Shown here: piece by piece, positions 7,272 to 15,738 of the stretch
How the letters are laid out: every line of letters begins with the position of its first letter
Numbering within the stretch: the first letter of the stretch is position 1
Sequence record: OZ287723.1
DNA length: 32,000 bases
Reading direction: 5' to 3' (one strand)
Position numbers and translations under genes: made by a program
Notes under the pieces: generated by a model
Database searches by the model: none
What the model saw: the letters and a program-made list of their open reading frames with translations, nothing else
Told to the model about the DNA's origin: nothing

Positions 7272-10200
7272 ATGATTAAAAAAAAAATTTTGTTGATCTT
7301 AAATGAGATTTTCAGAATAATGCATTTTTTTCGAAGACCTTTCGCTATAATAGGGGTCCGCACCGCTCGACAAATTAAAAAAGTTTCTATTTTTTTAAGT
7401 TTTTTTATATTATCGATTGAAATTTTGCAAATAAATTTCCAAAATCAAAAATTTGTTGTTTTTAAACATTATCCTATTTTATCTGAAAAAAAAATTTCAC
7501 AAAAATTTGAAACGTTCTTTTTAAAATCAACTAAAGATCCTACAATATATTCAGAATACGTTAACGCAAGAAACGAGATATACAACAAAACCTATCAGAA
7601 CCTTTCTGAAAAAAAAAAAAATTTAATTGATTTTTATGACTATTTAGATTATCGCTCAGAAAGAGTTGATGATAGTTATTACGAACATCCTCAAACTCTT
7701 GATCAAATTCAAAATTTGTATAAAAAAAACGAAGTTCTAAATATATATAAAAATTTTGAACAAATAAATTTAATGTTAAATGCTGAGCTTACTCAACAAC
7801 AAGAGGAAATGTTTAATATTTTAAGATTGCAGTACCAAAACGAGGAAGACGAACTTCTTATTAATTGGTATATAGATGTACCTTATCTACATTGGTCTGT
7901 TGCTGAAAGAAATTTTAATCAAAAAGAATATATCGACTTATTGAATTGGAGATTTAAGAACAAAGATCTTGTAATCCGAGACTTAAAAAAAGAAAATTCT
8001 TTAGATAAAATGCATACGGTTTTAAAAAAACTTTATCCTCAATATCAAAAATTGATACAAACAAATGTAGACGAAGAATTTCATGAAACCGATATGCACA
8101 GAATCTTTTTGTTTACTAAACAGAGACAAAGAGGATTGAGGATTAAAGATGAGAAATATAAAATACAACAAAATAAAATTTTTATAGAAACAGAATTTAT
8201 AACATCACCTCCACCATCTCCAATCGAAAAACTTTATCCAATTGATTTAGTTTTATTTATAATTTGGTCAAGAATGTGGGATATAATTTGGGGAAGAATT
8301 GGGTACATAATATGGGAAATTATTCTCGATTTCCTTTTTACTACTATATATCAAGAAAAAATAATTAAACAACTTGAAGAACAAGAATTAAAAGAAATCG
8401 AAGATTACAAACAACAAGTAAAACAAATAAGGGCGGAAAGAAAAAAAGAAAGCGACGAATTAGAAAAAATGGATAATGATCTAATCTATTCGCTTCGGTT
8501 ACAACGAGATATAGATGCCCAATATTCATATGTTCAACTTTCAACACCAAGCTTTCTAGAAACAGAAACATTTTTTGACAAGCGTGGTAGAAAAATTTGG
8601 CGACCACGACCAAAATCACTAATAGAAGAATACGGCGACCGATTCTCCCTATATTGTCGATACCCTCGAGATTCCTCAATGCTCTTAAATCCAACCTACA
8701 CAATACCATCATACACACTAACACACAGTCCATATTATAAAATAGAAAATCTCTATAAGCTTCCATATTTAGTTATTTCCGTAGCTGAATCTGAAGATAG
8801 AAAACAAAATCCTTGGAAATTTTTTAACGAGCTTAAAGCAAGACAAATCCGCGAGAGAGAATTGAGATTTTTGCAAATAACATTAAAGAGCTTCAGAAAA
8901 GATGAACTTGATAAAAAATATCCAATTCCAAAATTTAGAGCGACTCCAAAAAAAAAGAAAAAACAAAAAGAACGGTTTTGTTTGGAGGGTCGGCATCACT
9001 ACAAAATTATTAAGAAATTTAAATCACAAATACCGCCTTCAATAACAAAACTCGAGCAAAGAGCTATCAAAAACAAAAAAACCCTTTTTGAAGATGAGTT
9101 ACTAAACGAAGAAGCTGCGAATTGGGACTATTACATTAAAAAACTAGAAGACCAAATACCGTATAAACTACAAGGATTCGAAAAAGTCGAGTTACCAATA
9201 CTTTCAAAACCAAATTCTCCAGGAGACAGGTTGTTAAGTACAGCTTTCAATGTATATAGATTGCAAGAATATGAAATTCAAAATTATTCTAAAAGCAAGC
9301 TAGAGCAGGGATTAAAAAAACTTGCCTCACTGCATCTAGAAGCTCCAAAAACTTATTCAGAGTATTGTAAAATGAAAAACGAAAAAATCAATTTTTATGT
9401 GTGTTTCAATAATATAAATTTGATATTCGATCAAATTAGCGACATAAGAAATTATAAAACCTTCTATAAATTCTTAGAAACACTAGTCGAAGTAATGAAT
9501 CTGAAACAATTTAAACCTTTTTTTAAACCATTAAAAAAATCTACTTATACAAAATATAAAAAATTCGAACTTCAAAATTTAGTTCGTAATAGAAAATTCA
9601 TGAAAAATAAGCTTCCACTAGTGTATTTGTTGCCAATATCAAAAGAAAAATACAAACCCGAGTACAATTCTCGTAAAGCAGCTAGTAAATATAAAAAAGA
9701 ACGAAAAGAATATATTAAATTAGCAGGTCCACAAATTATTGATAACAAAACTGACTTTACAGTAGAATTCTTCGGACAATACATAACTTTAGACTTAAAC
9801 GAATATTTAGTTTTTCAAGAGTGGCGGGAAAAAACGAATCGAATAAAATTCTCAAGATTATTCTTGTCTGATAAAAAAATATCTCCTGTTTTCGAACAAA
9901 CATTAGAAAAACCTCATTTAAATATGCTGGTAAATGCAGAAGATTATTTATTAGAATTGATTTTTGATGTATTAGACATGGATACAATAAACCTTAAACT
10001 TGAGCAAATAAACGAAATCCTTAGCATTCTAACAATGTTGCCTTCTAAATATAAACCCTATAAATATAAAATGGGGAAAAAAACAAAATATAAACTTGAA
10101 TCTAGAGTTACAAAACCGTTAGCGACCCTTTTTCCAGAAAATGAAAAAAACAACAATCAAGAAGATAAAAGGGATTTATGTATTTATCCTTCGAAAATTA

Positions 10201-13200
10201 TTTCGTTTATTTTAAACTTTTTAAATTTCCGAAAATATCAAAGAGAGTTATTTTTTGAAAGAATTAGTCCATTTTTAGAAACGAAAAAGGATTCTACGAA
10301 GCACGAATCTTTAATAAATTATCATATATGTGACTCGTTGCAAAACAGGTTTAATTGTATTAAATTTATAAATCTTCAAGCTGAAGGTCAAATATTCCTA
10401 AAGGCAAATACTTCTTTAGCTTTCAAAAAATTTTACAAATATAATTATTTATTTGGACCAATTAATAAAATTCCAAATTATTTTTTACTAATTGAAAATA
10501 ATTTATTATTCAAAGAGGTAAATTTCAAAATTTATTTAAAATTTTTGTTAAAAAGTCAGCAAGTATTAATTAATATTTGTCAGATTATTTTATTCAACTT
10601 AAATAAATATAACAATGAAAAATTTCAAATTCAATTTATAAAGAATATACCATTTGAAAAAATTCATCAATTTTTATTAAATATTAAACAAAAAAATCAA
10701 AAATATGATATTTCAATAAATTCTTTTAGATTTAAACCACAAAATTGGCTATTTTATTCGAATAGGATTAAGTTTCTTAATAAAATTCCAGACGAATTTT
10801 TTGAAATTAATAAAATGATTTATTATTTTATATGGCTTCAAAAATATTTTCTAACAAACGAGTCGTTAGAAAACATAGAGGAAAACTTCATTCAATATTT
10901 TGAAGCTTATTTTAAACGGATTCCACCATCGCTGTACATTAATAAATACGATTACTCTCAAGTAAACGATGAAATAATAAGCTTTAAACGGAAATTGCCT
11001 CGTATACTTGAAGTATTCGAATTTCCATTATATATTCTTTCAAATTCTTTTCGTACTAAAGCTAACAATTACCCTTATAAACTTACAAACGTAGATAACC
11101 TCAATAGAATGCTTGACCCAATTAAGGGTAGAAATCAAAAAACACTTAAAAATCAATATAATTTAACTATTGAAAACTTTAAGGATGAAATTCCATTTCA
11201 ATTCAATCAGAATGATTTTTTAAATGATAAAACTGAAGACGCAAACTATTTGATGAATATGTATTATGAAGTACTTGGGAAAATGTTTTACGAATTAGAA
11301 AATTTTAGCAAAGAGGAGAAAAAAAATTATCTTTATGAGGATTATTTTCAACAATTTTTTAAAGATAAAATTGTTGCTATTCTTAATTATTATGTAAGGA
11401 CAAACTATTTTACGAAAAAAATACAAACTTTTCCAATTTTCAAAAATTCAGTAGTACGTCAAATGTCAGGTTATTTTTACCCAGATTTTTGGAAAACAAA
11501 AAAGATGAGAAAAATTTTAATAACAAAAATACCTATTGACAATAAAAAGAATATTGAAATATACGATAAGAAAACTAAAAAATTGGAGGTGATAATTTTC
11601 GATGACAGCAAACCTCAATTTCAAATATTTAAAAACTTAGGATTACCTTTTTTTTATCAAATTTTTGAATTAAACGAACCGATTAATCAATACTCATGGT
11701 CAATACTTTTCTTTTTCAGCATCGGATTCTTTGTTATCATTTTATCCAAAAATATTTTTAAAAAGTACGCTAAAGAAGTTTTAGAATCAGGTATAAATTT
11801 ATTATACTATTCAGGACTGTTACGCGATCAGGAATGGGCTAAACAGGAAGTTAAAATAACGACACGAATAACAAAAGGATATCGCGACCTTTATAAAATT
11901 AAGAAGACAAAATTAACAAGTCTTCGAGGTTTAAAATCTATTATTTTACGTTTGAGTGAAATGATATACTTTTTAAAACAAGCAAGTTTTATAAAATTGA
12001 CTAATGACCCTTTGCTTAATTATTGCGTATTTTATAATGAACACCACGTCAAACGGGATAAATTTTACTTAAATTATTCAAAACCGAAAGGATTTTTATT
12101 TAATGGAGCTCCAGGTACCGGAAAAACATTTCTTGTTCAAGCCATTGTAGGAGAATCGAAAGTACCTGTAGTAACACAATCTGGTGGTTTAATGAAAAAT
12201 CCACGATTACGTGGTAAAGGGGCTCAAACTATTCACAAACTTTTCATAAGAGCACGTGCAATTGCTCCTTGTCTTATTTTTATAGATGAATTAGATGGCA
12301 TTGGAATTCGTCGTTATACAAAAAAAGTAGCAAATAATTATTCTACGTATGATATTATCCAATTTCTTGAAAGTGTTGAAACAAACGCCTTTCCTCCTGA
12401 AATTTTAAACCTAAAAATTAAAAGGAAAAAGGAATTTGTTGATGATCGGAGCGAGTATTGGAAAGAACCTGAATTCACACAAACAGTTCAATCATATAAA
12501 AATCCAGTTGATATTTTAGAAGAATTACAATCTATTCGAAAAGCCCGCAATGAACAAATAAATATATTAATACAATTATTAATTGAACTTGATGGAGTCC
12601 ATCCATTAGATAAAATTATAGTTATTGGTGCAACAAATCAAATAGAAATTTTAGATCCAGCATTAATACGTCCCGGAAGACTTCAACTCATTTTCCACTT
12701 TTTTTTACCAGGTTATAATAATCGTATAAAAATATTAAAATTTTATACGAAATCTTCAAGAATTGGGACTAAAAATATTTCTTGGGATTATTTTTCTAAA
12801 CGAACGAATAGATTAAGCTCTGCAGATGTTGCTGCTATTGTTTTTGCTTCAGAATTAATTGCTATTAGAAAGTCTAGAAAACATACATTTGAAACTCTCG
12901 AAAGAGGTATTGAGTTAATTACAAGTTATCCAAGTGACCCACTCCTATTTAGATTGAAAAAGATTTTTATTTATCTTAAAATATTAAAACAAAAATTTTT
13001 TTCTACGAATAATTTTTATTTTTTAAATTCAAATTCAAATTTAAATTTAATCGCTCCTCCTCCCAAAAAGCGAATTATAGTTGAATTATCACATATTATA
13101 AGAAGTACATATTATAATATAGGTAAAATGTTTATTGGGTCTTATTTTCAATATAAACTACAAATGTCGAGTTTCGATCCTTATATAACTCTTTGGGCCC

Positions 13201-14084
13201 GCCCAAAAAATTTCCGTTTTGTTTTTTTCACTAAAAATTTCAATGAATTTGACGACTTTGAAAAAAAAAAAATTCCTAAAAATGAAATTGAAAAAAGATT
13301 TTTAACGTTTTTTGGTGGAAAAGTCGCTGAATCTATTTTTATTTTTTTACCATTACAGAAATTCTCGGCAGAAAATTCTTTTAACTTTAATTCAATTCTT
13401 GTTTCATTCGAGAATATCTTCGAACAATCAGACTTTGAAATTCAAAATGAACTTCAAATAGCCCAAGATCTTCTAAAATTAATTATTAAAAAATGGAATT
13501 TTTATAGCGATAAAATTGCGACTGAAAAGTTTCACCCTATTTTTGAAAATTCAAATTTAGTAGAATATGTTTCCTACCCAACAAGTGAACTTTTCGTATC
13601 CCAAGTATTTATTGATGAAATGATTGTTAATCTTAATATGCGAAATAAACTTTCACTAAATGAACAAAAACGTTCATATAAAACTTGGTGGATAAAAAAA
13701 ACTGCAACACAATTAAATTATATCGAAAATCGTTATCATTTGTTAGAATGGTCTCGCATTTATCTTTCAGATCCACAAAATTCAATTCAAAATATTGAAT
13801 GGGTTTCACCAGATAAGTATTTTAATACTATTTTGCGTACACCTCCTTATTGTATAGCATGGTCGTTGTTTATGGAAAATCGACATTTGATTATTAAAAA
13901 CCTAGTGTCCCTCCAAGCTTTCAATGTAATATTTCGAATAGTGCGTCAATTTTCTGAACTTTTTGATTTTCTTTCGGATTATTTATTACGGACTGAGTAT
14001 TTAACAGAAAATGAATTGGACTCGAAAATTTATCAATTTTACATATTATTTAAAGAGGAATTATTTAAAGAGGAAATTTCATAA
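7272..14084 (+). CDS. ftsH: Giant FtsH/Ycf2-like AAA+ protein (2270 aa), protease motif absent
   Basis: AAA+ module: Walker A GAPGTGKT, Walker B LIFIDELDG, SRH/Arg finger VIGATNQIEILDPALIRPGRL. FtsH-like downstream blocks are SSADVAAIVFASELIAIRK and FFGGKVAESIF. At the position expected for HEAGH the sequence is VELSH, and I see no HEXXH anywhere in the ORF. Predicted TM segments lie near aa 38-58 and aa 1473-1495. Confidence 0.85.
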   Translation: MIKKKILLILNEIFRIMHFFRRPFAIIGVRTARQIKKVSIFLSFFILSIEILQINFQNQKFVVFKHYPILSEKKISQKFETFFLKSTKDPTIYSEYVNARNEIYNKTYQNLSEKKKNLIDFYDYLDYRSERVDDSYYEHPQTLDQIQNLYKKNEVLNIYKNFEQINLMLNAELTQQQEEMFNILRLQYQNEEDELLINWYIDVPYLHWSVAERNFNQKEYIDLLNWRFKNKDLVIRDLKKENSLDKMHTVLKKLYPQYQKLIQTNVDEEFHETDMHRIFLFTKQRQRGLRIKDEKYKIQQNKIFIETEFITSPPPSPIEKLYPIDLVLFIIWSRMWDIIWGRIGYIIWEIILDFLFTTIYQEKIIKQLEEQELKEIEDYKQQVKQIRAERKKESDELEKMDNDLIYSLRLQRDIDAQYSYVQLSTPSFLETETFFDKRGRKIWRPRPKSLIEEYGDRFSLYCRYPRDSSMLLNPTYTIPSYTLTHSPYYKIENLYKLPYLVISVAESEDRKQNPWKFFNELKARQIRERELRFLQITLKSFRKDELDKKYPIPKFRATPKKKKKQKERFCLEGRHHYKIIKKFKSQIPPSITKLEQRAIKNKKTLFEDELLNEEAANWDYYIKKLEDQIPYKLQGFEKVELPILSKPNSPGDRLLSTAFNVYRLQEYEIQNYSKSKLEQGLKKLASLHLEAPKTYSEYCKMKNEKINFYVCFNNINLIFDQISDIRNYKTFYKFLETLVEVMNLKQFKPFFKPLKKSTYTKYKKFELQNLVRNRKFMKNKLPLVYLLPISKEKYKPEYNSRKAASKYKKERKEYIKLAGPQIIDNKTDFTVEFFGQYITLDLNEYLVFQEWREKTNRIKFSRLFLSDKKISPVFEQTLEKPHLNMLVNAEDYLLELIFDVLDMDTINLKLEQINEILSILTMLPSKYKPYKYKMGKKTKYKLESRVTKPLATLFPENEKNNNQEDKRDLCIYPSKIISFILNFLNFRKYQRELFFERISPFLETKKDSTKHESLINYHICDSLQNRFNCIKFINLQAEGQIFLKANTSLAFKKFYKYNYLFGPINKIPNYFLLIENNLLFKEVNFKIYLKFLLKSQQVLINICQIILFNLNKYNNEKFQIQFIKNIPFEKIHQFLLNIKQKNQKYDISINSFRFKPQNWLFYSNRIKFLNKIPDEFFEINKMIYYFIWLQKYFLTNESLENIEENFIQYFEAYFKRIPPSLYINKYDYSQVNDEIISFKRKLPRILEVFEFPLYILSNSFRTKANNYPYKLTNVDNLNRMLDPIKGRNQKTLKNQYNLTIENFKDEIPFQFNQNDFLNDKTEDANYLMNMYYEVLGKMFYELENFSKEEKKNYLYEDYFQQFFKDKIVAILNYYVRTNYFTKKIQTFPIFKNSVVRQMSGYFYPDFWKTKKMRKILITKIPIDNKKNIEIYDKKTKKLEVIIFDDSKPQFQIFKNLGLPFFYQIFELNEPINQYSWSILFFFSIGFFVIILSKNIFKKYAKEVLESGINLLYYSGLLRDQEWAKQEVKITTRITKGYRDLYKIKKTKLTSLRGLKSIILRLSEMIYFLKQASFIKLTNDPLLNYCVFYNEHHVKRDKFYLNYSKPKGFLFNGAPGTGKTFLVQAIVGESKVPVVTQSGGLMKNPRLRGKGAQTIHKLFIRARAIAPCLIFIDELDGIGIRRYTKKVANNYSTYDIIQFLESVETNAFPPEILNLKIKRKKEFVDDRSEYWKEPEFTQTVQSYKNPVDILEELQSIRKARNEQINILIQLLIELDGVHPLDKIIVIGATNQIEILDPALIRPGRLQLIFHFFLPGYNNRIKILKFYTKSSRIGTKNISWDYFSKRTNRLSSADVAAIVFASELIAIRKSRKHTFETLERGIELITSYPSDPLLFRLKKIFIYLKILKQKFFSTNNFYFLNSNSNLNLIAPPPKKRIIVELSHIIRSTYYNIGKMFIGSYFQYKLQMSSFDPYITLWARPKNFRFVFFTKNFNEFDDFEKKKIPKNEIEKRFLTFFGGKVAESIFIFLPLQKFSAENSFNFNSILVSFENIFEQSDFEIQNELQIAQDLLKLIIKKWNFYSDKIATEKFHPIFENSNLVEYVSYPTSELFVSQVFIDEMIVNLNMRNKLSLNEQKRSYKTWWIKKTATQLNYIENRYHLLEWSRIYLSDPQNSIQNIEWVSPDKYFNTILRTPPYCIAWSLFMENRHLIIKNLVSLQAFNVIFRIVRQFSELFDFLSDYLLRTEYLTENELDSKIYQFYILFKEELFKEEIS

Positions 14085-14109
14085 ATAAATACTCGACTAT
14101 TTTATTAAA

Positions 14110-14214
14110 ATGCAAGTTAATATTTTAGGCTTAAGTGCGATAACGTTTTTCATTTTCTTTTCAACTGCATTTTTATTAATTTTATTCGTAAAAACAGAAA
14201 GTCAGCGTATTTAG
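14110..14214 (+). CDS. psbM: Photosystem II protein M (34 aa)
   Basis: Hand translation from ATG 14110 to TAG 14212-14214 gives MQVNILGLSAITFFIFFSTAFLLILFVKTESQRI. This matches the PsbM pattern [29 protein letters not shown].SQ. Confidence 0.9.
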   Translation: MQVNILGLSAITFFIFFSTAFLLILFVKTESQRI

Positions 14215-14267
14215 TTGAAAAATCTCTTTAATTTTAAGTTTAATTTATCAGTAGAGACTTTTCAACT
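14213..14267. terminator. 15-bp inverted repeat (one mismatch, 25-nt loop) between convergent psbM and orf360
   Basis: agttgaaaaatctct (14213-14227) pairs with agagacttttcaact (14253-14267). It starts inside the psbM stop codon and ends 17 nt before the orf360 stop. Confidence 0.5.
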
Positions 14268-14283
14268 ATAACTCTTATTTACT

Positions 14284-15366
14284 TCATTTTTGAGAAAAAA
14301 TGACAATTTTATCGTTAACTGAAAAAATCCATTTTTCTGATATTGATTGATTCCAGTAATAATTATATAGCCATTTGATATTTTTTTTTTTATGACGTTT
14401 TTTCATCCAATACCAAATTTGATAAAAAAAATAATCATTTCTATATATTTTTCTCCAATTAATAATTTTTCTATTGAAATTCGCAATAATTTTATCAATA
14501 GGTTGATTTTTATTAAAACATTTCTTTATTTCTTTTCTATAACTAAATAAATTTTTATAACTTGCTCGAGCTTTTAAATGGTTTGCACTTTTTTTAAAAA
14601 ACCATCCTAGAAAATATATACCATTTTTTAAACAAGAAAATTTTACAAATTGAAAATTAAGTCCATAAATTTTCGGATCTAAATAGAGACCTTGAAATTC
14701 TTTTTTTAAAAAAAATAAAGCAATGGTATTATATTCAAAAATTTCTACTGGAACAGAATTTGATAAATAAAGTTTTTTTTTTGCAGAATAATAAAAAGAT
14801 TTCGATACCGGAAATTGTTTAAAAGTTTTCAAATTCACTTTAAAATGAAAAATTACTAATTGTTTAAATATTTTTTTTAACAAAAAGAGTTTTTTTGATT
14901 TTTTTTTTTTGAATATTTCATTTAAAAAAAATTTTTTCTCAACCGATATATTTGATATTATCCAATACTTATTTTTTTTACTAAAAAAATTTGAAAATTT
15001 ACAAAAAAGAACATATTGAACAAACGATTTTTTTAAATATCGACGAAAAGTTTCATAAATTTTATTAGATTCGAAATATGTAAGACTTCTTTGATTATCC
15101 AGTATTGGCGATAATGCAAAAATCCATAATCTAACAACAATATCTCGTTTAAAGAATTGACGATATTTTTTTGAACCAAAATTCGTTTCTAAAAGATTAT
15201 CTTTTAGAATTTCATTAATTATTAATAATTGAATAAAACTATTTCGATGGAGTAATCGTTGATAATTGCGACAAAAACGTATACTTCTTTTTTTCTCATT
15301 AGACTGACGAATTGCTTTTTGAATCTTTAATAATTTACAGTACCCATAAAACCAAGGTGTTTTCAT
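14284..15366 (-). CDS. Free-standing group II intron-type reverse transcriptase/maturase-like protein (360 aa), RT active site degenerate
   Basis: The N-terminus LLKIQKAIRQSNEKKRSIRFCRNYQRLLHRNSFIQLLIINEILKDN resembles RT-0 (..LQ.rI.kA...g..kkv..Lq.lL..S..a.llAvrrVt.n). RDIVVRLWIFALSPILD resembles RT-2 (DRvvQ.a...vLePi.E). IYFLGWFF resembles RT-7 (FLGf). IIANFNRKIINWRKIYR and YWMKKRHKKKNIKWLYNYY resemble the bacterial-type maturase/thumb region (lN..irGW.nYY ... wlrrKh.k....w..kky). Where YADD is expected I can align only EYNTIALFF. Confidence 0.7.
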   Translation of the reverse strand: MKTPWFYGYCKLLKIQKAIRQSNEKKRSIRFCRNYQRLLHRNSFIQLLIINEILKDNLLETNFGSKKYRQFFKRDIVVRLWIFALSPILDNQRSLTYFESNKIYETFRRYLKKSFVQYVLFCKFSNFFSKKNKYWIISNISVEKKFFLNEIFKKKKSKKLFLLKKIFKQLVIFHFKVNLKTFKQFPVSKSFYYSAKKKLYLSNSVPVEIFEYNTIALFFLKKEFQGLYLDPKIYGLNFQFVKFSCLKNGIYFLGWFFKKSANHLKARASYKNLFSYRKEIKKCFNKNQPIDKIIANFNRKIINWRKIYRNDYFFYQIWYWMKKRHKKKNIKWLYNYYWNQSISEKWIFSVNDKIVIFSQK

Positions 15367-15412
15367 ATTTTTAAATAATTATGTATTTTTAATTATGTAT
15401 TTTTTTTTATGT

Positions 15413-15465
15413 ATTGTAAACCAAATTACTCACCTAATCGACTGATCTACTATTTGGTTTACAAT
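15413..15465. terminator. Perfect 14-bp inverted repeat (25-nt loop) between psbZ and orf360
   Basis: attgtaaaccaaat (15413-15426) pairs with atttggtttacaat (15452-15465). It lies 57 nt downstream of the psbZ stop on the minus strand and 47 nt upstream of the orf360 start. Confidence 0.5.
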
Positions 15466-15521
15466 TTGATTTCTAATTTAATTTTTTACAATTTTATATG
15501 TTTTTTAATTCAAACGAAAAT

Positions 15522-15725
15522 TTAAACGAAAAACGAATTAAGTATACCAACTATAAAAATAAGCAAAAACCATAAACCAATACCTATAAAAAATTTTTTT
15601 TTATTTTCTTTCCAACCTAAAGCAAAAGTGGTGGAAGAACCTAAAACAACAATAGGAAATCCAATAACTAATACAAATGAAACTGCTAGAAAAGAAAAAA
15701 CAGTAAATTGAAATAAAAAATTCAT
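15522..15725 (-). CDS. psbZ: Photosystem II protein Z (Ycf9), 67 aa
   Basis: MNFLFQFTVFSFLAVSFVLVIGFPIVVLGSSTTFALGWKENKKKFFIGIGLWFLLIFIVGILNSFFV fits the PsbZ pattern (..FQ..VF.L......L...P.V......GW..NK...F.G..LW..LVF.VGILNS). The track ORF start at 15767 would overlap the end of psaB, so the internal ATG at 15725 is taken as the start. Confidence 0.9.
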   Translation of the reverse strand: MNFLFQFTVFSFLAVSFVLVIGFPIVVLGSSTTFALGWKENKKKFFIGIGLWFLLIFIVGILNSFFV

Positions 15726-15738
15726 TTTAAACAATTTA

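Noticed and set aside
8365-9987. Three minus-strand ORFs (8365-8766, 9572-9784, 9757-9987) inside ftsH.
   Set aside because: They are antisense to the long ftsH frame and consist of low-complexity sequence. They are best explained by codon-composition mirror effects.
14213-15465. The idea that the two hairpins flanking orf360 (both with 25-nt loops) are terminal inverted repeats of a mobile element.
   Set aside because: The two stem-loops share no sequence with each other. Each is a self-contained palindrome, typical of plastid mRNA 3'-end structures, and no target-site duplication is visible.
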